Source: Rhodothermales bacterium (lineage in GTDB: Bacteria; Bacteroidota; Rhodothermia; Rhodothermales; JANQRZ01). From it: a stretch of 64,000 nt of DNA. The notes beneath the pieces are model-generated. The model was not told the DNA's origin and did no database searches. It worked only from the letters and a program-made list of their open reading frames with translations. Of the stretch, positions 8,352 through 16,530 are shown piece after piece. The stretch is taken from contig JBBSMX010000001.1 of the NCBI GenBank assembly GCA_038232935.1, positions 9,585 through 73,584 on the forward strand, read 5' to 3'. Positions within the stretch are counted from its first letter, which is position 1, and each line of letters starts with the position of its first letter. Both the position numbers and the translations under genes were made by a program.

Positions 8352-9631
8352 CAGTTCACGACGGCGGGGTCGCCGAGGGGCTCGCGGGTGATTACGCGGC
8401 GGATGGCCCGCTCGTACTCGTCGATGACCCGCTCGCGTTGGTAGAAGGCCGAGCGGTCGAGCGCGCGGCGCTGCCAGTTCGGAATCGCGTCGGCGTCGGC
8501 GATGAGGGTGCGGAGCAGCATCGGCACGTCGCCTACGCGATCCCACGCGACGTGAGGGCCGAGCGCCGCCCGCCGCATCTCCTGACCGAGCGGGCCTTCC
8601 TCGTCGCACACGGCGAGGATCGGGGTGCCCGTCGAGATTGCTGGGATCAGCTTGCTCGGGATGAACGAGCCGCCGCTGCCGGCCGTCTCGGTGATGACGA
8701 AGAGGTCGGAGGCGTGGATCGCCCCGATGAAGCCGGCCTCGTCGAGGAAGGGGCCGAACGTGAAGCGCGTGTCGCCGCTGGCCTCGATCCACCGGCGGAT
8801 GTCGTCGGCGCGACCGCCGCTGCCGTGGATGCGGAACTCGAACGGCGCGTCGGACCGGGCGAGCGTCTGGCAGAAGCTGAGCAGGTCCTGCTTCGTCCCG
8901 ATGTTGCCGGCGTAGAGTAGCTTGATCGGGTCGGCGGCCCGCCGACCCACCTTGCTCGACAGGGCGTCGATCTCGTCGGCGAGGGAGCGGTTGAGCCAGT
9001 TCGGGAGGTAGAGGATCGGCTGGTCGCCCGAGCGGATGGCGTCGAGCCGGTCGAGCATCTCAGGCGAGATCGAGCTCCACACGTCGGCCTCGTTGAAGAG
9101 GGTGTTCTGCACCTTCGCGAAGAGGCCGGTCACGGCCGCGCCCTTCGTGATCCCGATCGCGGCGGCGGCGTCGGCCGAGAGGTCCTGCACATTCAGCCAG
9201 AGCGGGCCGCCGACGAGCCGCTTCCGCAGGGCCGCATACGCGACGGCTCCGACGAGCGGGCAGAACACCATCGTCAGGTCGAAGTCCCGGCGGTCGTGCC
9301 GGAGCGCCCGGGCGAGCGAGGCGAAGAACGACGCCTCGTAGAGGAGGCGCTGCGGGAGGCTATTTGGATCGCGAGGGATGAAAATCCCATAGCGCTCGAC
9401 GTGGACGCCGCGCTCGTCGTAGCGCTGGACGCGCAGCCCGTTCTTCCCGCTCTTATCGCTCCACTCCGGGTAGTACGGATAGGCACAGCGAACGGTCACG
9501 TCGAAGCCGCGCTCGACGAGGGCGTAGGCGAGGTCCGAGAACACCGCCGCGCCGCCGCCCCGATCCGGGGCAAAGACGTTGACGACGAGGAGCAGGCGGG
9601 GTCGGCGGGTGCCGTTGGAGTGGATCGCCAT
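8351..9631 (-). CDS. GT4-family glycosyltransferase (WcaI-like)
   Basis: From ATG 9631: MAIHSNGTRRPRLLLVVNVFAPDRGGGAAVFSDLA.. The C-terminal half carries a GT-B motif region (LLYAGNIG.., ETAGSGGSFIPSKL). Confidence 0.8.
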   Translation of the reverse strand: MAIHSNGTRRPRLLLVVNVFAPDRGGGAAVFSDLAYALVERGFDVTVRCAYPYYPEWSDKSGKNGLRVQRYDERGVHVERYGIFIPRDPNSLPQRLLYEASFFASLARALRHDRRDFDLTMVFCPLVGAVAYAALRKRLVGGPLWLNVQDLSADAAAAIGITKGAAVTGLFAKVQNTLFNEADVWSSISPEMLDRLDAIRSGDQPILYLPNWLNRSLADEIDALSSKVGRRAADPIKLLYAGNIGTKQDLLSFCQTLARSDAPFEFRIHGSGGRADDIRRWIEASGDTRFTFGPFLDEAGFIGAIHASDLFVITETAGSGGSFIPSKLIPAISTGTPILAVCDEEGPLGQEMRRAALGPHVAWDRVGDVPMLLRTLIADADAIPNWQRRALDRSAFYQRERVIDEYERAIRRVITREPLGDPAVVN

Positions 9632-9636
9632 CGCGT

Positions 9637-10695
9637 CTAGGCTGCGGGCGCATGCCGCGCCTCCCAGCTCGCGGCGATCTCCTCGAAGATCGTCCGCAGG
9701 TCTTTGGTGAGGTCCCACTCGGGGTAGTCGGTGCGCATCCGCGAAAGGTCGGAGTAGTAGCAGATGTGGTCGCCGCTGCGGTGCTGCTCTGAGTAGCTCC
9801 AGTTCATCGGCCGCCCCGAGATATCCTCGGCGAGCGCGAAGGCTTCGAGCATCGAGATCGCGTTCTGCTTGCCGCCGCCGAGGTTGTAGACGGCCCCGGC
9901 GCGCGGGCGCGCGAAGAATGCCTCGACGAATTTCACCACGTCGTGCGAGTGGATGTTGTCGCGGACCTGCTTGCCCTTGTAGCCGAAGACGGTGTAGTGC
10001 GTGCCGTCGAGGTTGCACTTGATGAGGTAGGAGAGGAAGCCGTGCAACTCGACGCCGGAGTGGTTGGGGCCGGTGAGGCAGCCGCCGCGGAGGCAGACCG
10101 TCGGCATGCCGAAGTAGCGGCCGTACTCCTGCACCATCACGTCGGCGGCCACCTTCGACGCGCCGAAGAGCGAGTGCTTGCTCTGGTCGATCCGGAACGT
10201 CTCGGGGATGCCGTCGGCGTAGGCGGGGTCGGCGTAGTCCCACCGCGTCTCCAATTCCACGAGGTCGATCTCGTTGGGCGCGTCGCCGTAGACCTTATTC
10301 GTCGAGAGGTGGGCGAACGGGGCTTCGGCTGAGTGCTGGCGGTTGGCCTCCAGCAGGTTCATCGTCCCGAGCGCGTTGACCTCGAAGTCGAGGATCGGGA
10401 TAGCAGCGGCTCGGTCGTGGCTGGGCTGGGCGGCGGCGTGGAGCACGGCGTCGAACCGCTCCCGCTCGAACAGCTCCATCACGCCATTGCGGTCACGGAT
10501 GTCGAGATCGACGTGGCGGAAGCGCTCCGTCGCGTCGAGGAGGCGCTGCGTGTTCCAGCTCGTGTCACCCTTCGGGCCGAAGAACACCTGCCGCATGTTG
10601 TTGTCGACGCCGACGACCTCGTGGCCGAGTCGGTCGAAGTGGAGGACGGCTTCGGAGCCGATGAGGCCGCTGGAACCGGTGACGAGGATCTTCAT
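9637..10695 (-). CDS. NAD-dependent epimerase/dehydratase (SDR family)
   Basis: [15 protein letters not shown]ossmann motif and a YGASK catalytic-type motif ([11 protein letters not shown]). ATG at 10695 is preceded by a relatively AT-rich, promoter-like stretch. Confidence 0.85.
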   Translation of the reverse strand: MKILVTGSSGLIGSEAVLHFDRLGHEVVGVDNNMRQVFFGPKGDTSWNTQRLLDATERFRHVDLDIRDRNGVMELFERERFDAVLHAAAQPSHDRAAAIPILDFEVNALGTMNLLEANRQHSAEAPFAHLSTNKVYGDAPNEIDLVELETRWDYADPAYADGIPETFRIDQSKHSLFGASKVAADVMVQEYGRYFGMPTVCLRGGCLTGPNHSGVELHGFLSYLIKCNLDGTHYTVFGYKGKQVRDNIHSHDVVKFVEAFFARPRAGAVYNLGGGKQNAISMLEAFALAEDISGRPMNWSYSEQHRSGDHICYYSDLSRMRTDYPEWDLTKDLRTIFEEIAASWEARHAPAA

Positions 10696-11289
10696 GGGCT
10701 GGCAGTGAATCGGGCAAAAATGAGCGGTGCGAAGATACACGGTCATCCGGCTGAACACAATCGAAGAGCCGATGGGGGTGGGCGGGAATAGGCCATTCAG
10801 GAAGTGCCGAACCTCACCCCTCGACCGGAGCACGACGACCCGCTTCTCACGCTCCACGGCTCGCAGCTTGGCAAGAACGCGAGGCCGCCGCGTCTGGGGG
10901 TAGTTCCAAATCCAACGAAGGAACGCCACATTCAACCGTTCCGGGCACCCCGCCGCCATATCCGGCCGTGACCGACCGTCGTATGGCACACGACGCTTGA
11001 TGACGCGTGCAAGGCAAAGAAGCCGAGGGAGATCAAGGAACACCACGGTGTCGGCCGTCGCAAGTCGGAGGTCGAGGGTGCCTACGTAGTTCCCGTCTAT
11101 CACCCACGTCTCACGATCGAGGATCTGGCGGACCTCCTGCTCCCACTCGTCCTTCGCAGGCTCGACCCACCCTGGCCGCCAGTAGAGCGCGTCGAGATGG
11201 ACGACGGGAAGGCCGAGCCGCTCGCCGATCTTGGTTGCAACCGTGGACTTACCAGCACCGCCGGAACCGATGACGAGAACTCGACGCAT
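10696..11289 (-). CDS. P-loop NTPase / adenylate-kinase-like (topology-modulation-protein-like); no stop codon of its own
   Basis: [37 protein letters not shown].. (Walker A). The frame continues without a stop through a 30-codon linker into the epimerase ATG, giving a 550-codon track ORF. Confidence 0.7.
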
Positions 11290-11347
11290 TGCTGTTCGGT
11301 GGAGTGCCGCATAACAGTGGGCCGTTAGCGCGCTTCCTGAGCAGGAG

Positions 11348-11609
11348 CTATCGGTGCACGTCCCGCCGGTTTCCCACTTTCACCACCTCGACCACGAGTA
11401 GGTCATCGGCGACGGTAAACGATCCGGTACTCCCCCTGTCGAACGCGATATGCCTCCTGCCCCGAGAGCTTCGTGCAGCCGGGTGGACGAGGGGCGTTTG
11501 CTAACGCCTCGATCCGCGCCACCACCCGTTGCCGGTCCTTCTTGCGGCTGATCGCTCGGATATCTTTCTCCGCACTTCGCTTGATCTCGATCCGGTACCG
11601 TTCCGGCAT
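11348..11609 (-). pseudogene. RelE/ParE-family toxin, frameshifted near nt 11415-11421
   Basis: MPERYRIEIKRSAEKDIRAI..GEYRIVY then RRR-stop. The shifted frame continues [27 protein letters not shown] (stop at 11348-11350), which is the canonical RelE/ParE C-terminus. Confidence 0.7.
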
Positions 11610-11845
11610 CAGATCGTGCCTTCGGCCTTTAGCTCCCGGACGAACGCCTCGAAGGAGCGGGATGGCTCGTCTGTACGCTCTTCAACAGCGGCGAGATCAT
11701 CGGCATACTCGGCGAGTAGCACACGGACAGCTTCGTTAACGACGTCCGAGACGGACCGCTCGGTCTCGGCGGCCTTGAGGCGGAGTGCCTTGTGGAGCGC
11801 GGAGTCGAAGTAGACCGTGGCGCGCTTAGGGCTGGTGGTAGGCAT
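11609..11845 (-). CDS. ribbon-helix-helix antitoxin (ParD/RelB/CopG-like)
   Basis: KRATVYFDSALHKALRLKAAETERSVSDVVNEAVR is an RHH pattern. Its stop overlaps the toxin start at 11609. Confidence 0.75.
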   Translation of the reverse strand: MPTTSPKRATVYFDSALHKALRLKAAETERSVSDVVNEAVRVLLAEYADDLAAVEERTDEPSRSFEAFVRELKAEGTI

Positions 11846-11846
11846 A

Positions 11847-11878
11847 ATCGATGTCGGGACGTTATCGATGTCGGGACG
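11847..11878. promoter_or_regulatory. two 15-bp direct repeats (ATCGATGTCGGGACG, 17-bp period) abutting the antitoxin start; putative operator
   Basis: Repeats at 11847-11861 and 11864-11878, immediately 5' of the antitoxin ATG (11845) on the gene's upstream side. Confidence 0.4.
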
Positions 11879-12065
11879 CTACGAGCCGGCAAATGGTTTC
11901 GGGGAAGCGCGATAGAACGGCTTGCCACTCACCCGCGAAGGGTGGTGTGGCGTGTGAACGGGGCAGTGTAGGCGCTAAAGCTCATGCGAGGCAAGGCGGT
12001 AAAGCCCTTCGTGGGGTGCAGTGGTGGGTAGGCGGCGCCTTGATACGACCCCGAAGGTTTCCTCG

Positions 12066-12743
12066 TCACTCGTCGTCCGGCTCGACGCCTGCTTGCTCGA
12101 GCCGCGCAAGCCCCTCCTTCATTGCACGGATCGCTTCGGGGGGATGGCCTGTCCACTCCTCGAGTTCGCCAGTGACGCGCAGTGGCGCGCGTGAGCGAAA
12201 AGACTTGGTCGGATTGCCCCTGAACCTCATGTTCGTGAGGTTTGGGTCGTCCTCGACCTCGCCCGTCGGTTCCACGAGGTAGATTCGTCCTAGCCTCTCG
12301 CCGACAGCCAGCTCCGCGCCCCAAGTGGCGGCGTCCAAGGTTCGGGCGAAGTAGACGAAGTTCGCAGACCGCGGTGTAGCGCCGAAGTTGGCCTCGTGAC
12401 CGGGCTCTATCAGGTCTCCGGGTCGGAGGTCAGCGCGCGTACCGTGATAGTGGGTCCGCTTGGTGACCTCATTGAGGACCGTCAGTGGTTCTCGGGAGCG
12501 CCACGACATCGCTGGATGCGGTGGCGGGGTGTAGTCGGGCTGTTCTTCAGCGTTCTCCGTCGGGCCCGTGGCTGCCACCCTGTAGACACGGGGCTCTTCG
12601 TCTCCCTCCGAGAGCTCCGCGGCCCAGATCGCCGCGTCCAGGTTCGGGGTGAAGTAGACGAAGCCCTCGCGCGGCGGAATCTCGTCCCCGCGATCGAGGT
12701 CTATACGGGTTCCATAGTAGAGCTGTGGGGTCTGCTCGCTCAT
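12066..12743 (-). CDS. arr: rifampin ADP-ribosyltransferase (Arr) homolog with an extra degenerate N-terminal Arr-like domain
   Basis: C-terminal half HYHGTRADLRPGDLI..FVYFARTLDAATWGAELA..IYLVEPTGEVEDDPNLTNMRFRGNPTKSFRSRAPLRV..WTGHP closely matches Arr from memory. N-terminal half LYYGTRIDLDRGDEI..FVYFTPNLDAAIWAAELS..VYRVAATGP is an internal repeat. ATG at 12743. Confidence 0.85.
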   Translation of the reverse strand: MSEQTPQLYYGTRIDLDRGDEIPPREGFVYFTPNLDAAIWAAELSEGDEEPRVYRVAATGPTENAEEQPDYTPPPHPAMSWRSREPLTVLNEVTKRTHYHGTRADLRPGDLIEPGHEANFGATPRSANFVYFARTLDAATWGAELAVGERLGRIYLVEPTGEVEDDPNLTNMRFRGNPTKSFRSRAPLRVTGELEEWTGHPPEAIRAMKEGLARLEQAGVEPDDE

Positions 12744-12914
12744 TCTTGTCGGGTTTGTGAGGTGTTCGGGTCTTGCTTCTACTACGTTCACGAGGCGTGA
12801 TTCTCGACAGCTCGCGCGTGAGGTTGCCGTGCCGAGAGTTCCTGATGGGTGTGCTTGCAATTGCACGATTTCGAGGAGGCGCGGAGTCCGCCTAACGTTC
12901 GCTCGATGGAGGGG

Positions 12915-13592
12915 TTAGGCCCCGCGCTGGGCACTGCCGAGCGTGCCTGATGCGAGAAACATCCAGCCATGGAAATACTCCTCGACCTGCATGTCGTAGA
13001 CGCGCGGCGCAACGTGCCTCCAAGGTTCCAGCTCAAGCCCGGGCGTCGTAGGCAGAGAGAGCTTTGTAAGGCTCAAGTTCAGTAAGCCATTGAGGAGCCA
13101 GCCGAAACGGCGCATAGACCGCTTGGCGCCGAAGAACACGACACGTGAGCCTTCTTGGAGATGCGGAACGAGCCTATCGAGCGAATCCTTGGAAGCATAA
13201 ACATCTGGTGCGGCGAACATCAGCAGGCCATCGTAGCTGCCGGTGAGATCAACGTTTTCGGCCGCCGAGACCAGAACCTCAACGTTGTGCCAGCCATTCT
13301 TAGCCGCCCGACGCCGAGCGTGGGAGGCCGAGCTCGGGCTGAGTTCGATGCCGACAACTCTCCCGCCAGGGCCGACTGCGTGGACGAGATACGGAAAGCT
13401 TCCGCCCGACCCGCAGCCCACATCAAGTACACGCGCTCCGGGACTGAGCCGTAGGAGCGCAGTGGCCTTAGCGCGAAGCGGCTTGATGAAACCGAAATCG
13501 CAGTCTGGGAATGGCCTCACCAAGCCCGACAGCAGGCGAACGTATAGAGGCGAAGCGGTGTCTGGCATGAACGCATTGTCGTCGGACGGCAT
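12915..13592 (-). CDS. class I SAM-dependent methyltransferase
   Basis: ARVLDVGCGSGGS motif I, followed by VVGIELS. Confidence 0.8.
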   Translation of the reverse strand: MPSDDNAFMPDTASPLYVRLLSGLVRPFPDCDFGFIKPLRAKATALLRLSPGARVLDVGCGSGGSFPYLVHAVGPGGRVVGIELSPSSASHARRRAAKNGWHNVEVLVSAAENVDLTGSYDGLLMFAAPDVYASKDSLDRLVPHLQEGSRVVFFGAKRSMRRFGWLLNGLLNLSLTKLSLPTTPGLELEPWRHVAPRVYDMQVEEYFHGWMFLASGTLGSAQRGA

Positions 13593-13625
13593 GGGGGCTC
13601 CGTTGACGGTGCCTAACGATCAAGT

Positions 13626-15413
13626 TCAGCGGACCAGCCCGCCGAGAACCAGCGTTGCCGTGGCGTCTCCCTGCTCGGCCGCTTGTGTATACCACGCTAC
13701 CGCTGCCTTCTCGTCCTTAGGTACGCCTCGGCCGCTAGCGTACATGAAGCCGAGGTTGCTCATGGCCGTGGCGTTTCCCTGCTCGGCCGCTTGTCGATAC
13801 AGTGTGAGCCCTGTAGCAAAATCTTCTGTCTCATAGGCGGCCGTACCGCGCTCGAACAAGTCTGTTGAATCCTGAGAGCCAGGAAGCGTTTTCTTCTTCG
13901 GCTGTTTCGGTGGCCCTACCAGGGGGGGTGCCTCTTTCTCCTCCTTCTGCGCAGGAGCATCGATGCGTTGCGGGGGGGTGGGAGGCAGAGCCGACTCTGC
14001 TTGTTGGGGGGCAGGTTTCAGCGCTGGAGGTGTCACCTCCTCATCCGGTTCCTCCTGGAGCAGTAGGAGCGTCGTGAGGTAGTGTTTGACGGTAATCTTT
14101 CCCTCAATGAGATATTCCAACTGGCGCCGAATTTCTCGCTCTTCTTCCGTTAGACCAGCCGCCCACTTCTCCAGCAAATCGATGCCACGGGTGTATTCCT
14201 CCGGGGAAAGCTCATCCCGCTGATAATGGCGCAACAGCAGGCGCTGCTTGCGTTTTACCTCTTGCTGAACCACCTTCTGCCGTGCTTCAATCTCCACCCG
14301 TTGTCCCCTTGCCGACGGGTAGTCCGGCACGCGCCGGAGAACGTCGTTCAGGAGGAGGAGGGCCTCCTCCAGGTGGCCTTCATCTCGGCGGGCCAGGGCA
14401 TCGTCGTACTGCTGCCGGGCCTGCTTCCTGTCCGCCGTCTCGTACTGCGCCAGATAGACCTGCCCCTGCAGGATGCCCTTCTTCACCGGGTTCATAACGC
14501 CCCCGTGCCGACGGGCTTCCCGCGTTACATGGTCGTAGACGTACTGATACAACTCATCAATCGTCACCAGCCCGTCGCGATCCCGGTCGGCTTTTCCGCG
14601 CAGCCCCTCCAAGAGAAAGTGCGTGAAGAGCCCGTGGCCCATGCCTTCTGTCTCAAGGGCCACCTCGTTGACGCCGCAGGCCGTCACGATCAGGCGCCCC
14701 TCGCCTTCGGAGAGACGGTTGAGAAAGTCGTCGGTGAGCGCGGCGCGCGTGGTGAAGTCCGGGTGCTCGAAGGTCCGGCCGCCGGCCATGCCGCTGTAGC
14801 AGCTGTCGATAAAGAAGAGCACCTGCTTCGAGGCGATCCAGTGGAAGAACTGCTGGATGGCATCCATCGAGATGCCGGTAGAGCGCAGGTCGTCTTGCTC
14901 CGCATCGAAGGGGACGAGAACCTTCTCCATCCCGTCCCCGGAGCGGTTGCCCGGGTTGATCACGGGGGCGCCGTGCCCCGCATAGAAGATGAAAACCGTG
15001 TCCTGGGGGCCCGTGCGTCGTGGCAGGGTGGTGCCGATGGCCTTGCGGATGTTGCGCTCAGTGGCCTGCTCGTCGAGAAGGAGCGTGACGTTTTCAGGCG
15101 AGAAGCGGCCGACTTCCGGATCCGTCAGGGCCTCGTAGACGGCCTCGGCGTCGGCACGGGCGAAGCGGAGGTCGCGGATGGTGGGATCCCGGTACTCGTT
15201 GATCCCGATGACGACGGCGTGGGCGTCGCTCCGGTAGGGGCCGAGGCGTTCGGGTGCAGCGTGCGTGGGACCGGGCTCATCGGTGGAGAGGCAGAGGTCG
15301 CGGTTGGCGGGTTTCTCGTCCTCGTTGATCCCGATGACGACGGCGTTGGCCTCGCTCCGGTGGGAGCTGGGGCGCTCAGGTGCAGCGTGCGTGGAGCCAG
15401 GTTCGTCAGCCAT
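13626..15413 (-). CDS. caspase-family (C14) peptidase with EF-hand loop, coiled-coil/Pro-rich linker and C-terminal Sel1 repeats
   Basis: Catalytic-dyad contexts FIFYAGHG and FFIDSCYSG. EF-hand loop DRDRDGLVTIDEL. Sel1-type AEQGNATAMSNLGFMYASGRGVPKDEKAAVAWYTQAAEQGD. ATG at 15413 (MADEPGS..). Confidence 0.85.
   Translation of the reverse strand: MADEPGSTHAAPERPSSHRSEANAVVIGINEDEKPANRDLCLSTDEPGPTHAAPERLGPYRSDAHAVVIGINEYRDPTIRDLRFARADAEAVYEALTDPEVGRFSPENVTLLLDEQATERNIRKAIGTTLPRRTGPQDTVFIFYAGHGAPVINPGNRSGDGMEKVLVPFDAEQDDLRSTGISMDAIQQFFHWIASKQVLFFIDSCYSGMAGGRTFEHPDFTTRAALTDDFLNRLSEGEGRLIVTACGVNEVALETEGMGHGLFTHFLLEGLRGKADRDRDGLVTIDELYQYVYDHVTREARRHGGVMNPVKKGILQGQVYLAQYETADRKQARQQYDDALARRDEGHLEEALLLLNDVLRRVPDYPSARGQRVEIEARQKVVQQEVKRKQRLLLRHYQRDELSPEEYTRGIDLLEKWAAGLTEEEREIRRQLEYLIEGKITVKHYLTTLLLLQEEPDEEVTPPALKPAPQQAESALPPTPPQRIDAPAQKEEKEAPPLVGPPKQPKKKTLPGSQDSTDLFERGTAAYETEDFATGLTLYRQAAEQGNATAMSNLGFMYASGRGVPKDEKAAVAWYTQAAEQGDATATLVLGGLVR
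15156..15407. repeat. tandem duplication, 2 x 126 bp (42 codons), about four-fifths identical by eye
   Basis: Encodes DEPGSTHAAPERPSSHRSEANAVVIGINEDEKPANRDLCLST followed by DEPGPTHAAPERLGPYRSDAHAVVIGINEYRDPTIRDLRFAR at the 5' end of the caspase gene. Confidence 0.85.
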
Positions 15414-15770
15414 ACTGGTTCGCGTCGCCTGTGGAGAAGGACAGCCGTTGGTGCAGGCGTTCGGATGACGCAATGTTAGGATTTTTCGGAGGATGGCGCC
15501 AGAGGCCTGTTCGGTCAAACGGCCAGAGCGGAGGTTCGGGGGGAACCGCCCAACGGTCAAGGGAATCCGCGTTCAGCGATGGGTTATCCAGAGGGGACAG
15601 CCAGCGCCACGTTCCCCCCTGATTCCCGAGACGCCGCGCTCTTCGGCTCCGGGAAGCTATGTGAGAGCCGCCCGAACGTCAAGGCAAGACAGGAGCAAAC
15701 AACCGGTGGTAACTATATCGCAGTTGGTACCAACGCGAGAAGGGCAGACCGTCAAGCCTGCCCTTCGGTT

Positions 15771-15983
15771 TTATTCCTCGTCTTCGGCGTCTTCCTTAAC
15801 CGCCGCTCTGAGCACGTCGTCTAAGTCCCCCAAGATGCGGAGCGGAGGTTCGTAGGTGCGCCCGTTCTTGGCCTTGCCGTTGGCCGGTGCTGCCCCGTTC
15901 GACGCTTTACCGTTGCACCGCCCGTTCATCGGAGGCTCTGTCTCATCCTGCCCAAGAATGGGCATGTCGGATTCTTCCTTCAT
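15771..15983 (-). CDS. small hypothetical protein (70 aa), acidic ends and Asn/Gly/Lys-rich centre
   Basis: ATG-initiated ORF in a lower-GC intergenic zone. No recognisable motif. Coding status uncertain. Confidence 0.3.
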   Translation of the reverse strand: MKEESDMPILGQDETEPPMNGRCNGKASNGAAPANGKAKNGRTYEPPLRILGDLDDVLRAAVKEDAEDEE

Positions 15984-15996
15984 TGCATTCTCTCGG

Positions 15997-16025
15997 TTGC
16001 GTGCTGAGACGCCTTTTCATATAAT
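15997..16025 (+). promoter_or_regulatory. sigma70-like promoter candidate TTGCGT-N17-TATAAT
   Basis: TTGCGT at 15997-16002, a 17-nt spacer, and a perfect TATAAT at 16020-16025. Whether this lineage uses such promoters is unknown. Confidence 0.35.
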
Positions 16026-16031
16026 TGCAGA

Positions 16032-16432
16032 ACACACGAACGGCGGAGCCGGTTTCCTTTCGGAACACCGACCCCGCCGTGAGCGACCGCCTACGATACG
16101 ATTTACACAAGCTGGTTGTACCGACTTGCCCCTCACGGATGACCGCTCTGAGGAAGCATTGCCCGGTATGATTCGGGACACGGGGCCTAGCCCCATGCAT
16201 CGCATTGTAGGTGATCTAAGGGATGTGTCAGCATCCCTTTCCAGCGGGACACCTGCCTGTTCCTCGTTAGACACTACCGAGAGCAGCGTCGTTTGATCGG
16301 CTTGGGCGTTGACCGTCGGTGGCTGCTAACCTTGACGGTCCTCGGCCCAGGCTTCCGTCCCGTCCTTTGTGGACGGCACTTGACCTTAGCCATTCAGGTA
16401 TCCTCCCGGCGGCGTCAGCCGCCGTTTTGGTT
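16032..16432 (+). ncRNA. candidate ~400-nt structured RNA (unknown family) between the promoter-like and terminator-like signals
   Basis: Multiple stem-loops, including AAGGGATG-N6-CATCCCTT at 16218-16239, GACCGTC..GACGGTC and CCGTCC..GGACGG. Ends at a canonical intrinsic terminator. ORFs here are unconvincing. Confidence 0.3.
16407..16432 (+). terminator. intrinsic terminator (plus strand)
   Basis: CGGCGGC-GTCA-GCCGCCG followed by TTTTGGTT. This is a 7-bp GC stem, a tetraloop and a T-run. Confidence 0.55.
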
Positions 16433-16530
16433 GACACGGGCAGGATTGCCCGCTAGCTCGGCAAAACGCCCAGCATCAACCTAGAGGTAGGGCAGGTGCC
16501 CCGAACTCGGAATGTCAAAGAGCATAGAGG

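Noticed and set aside
8352-8792. 147-codon N-terminal extension of the isoaspartyl dipeptidase ORF
   Set aside because: The extension is Arg-rich junk overlapping the glycosyltransferase gene in another frame. The canonical start MAMLDLLLNADVY lies at 8351.
15856-16484. Plus-strand ORFs of 146 and 63 codons in the gene-free gap
   Set aside because: Their composition is not protein-like (Ser/Arg/Pro/Leu-rich). One starts at a TTG (the 146-codon ORF's start codon was not checked) and there are no motifs. The region is better explained as structured non-coding RNA, though a small protein cannot be excluded.
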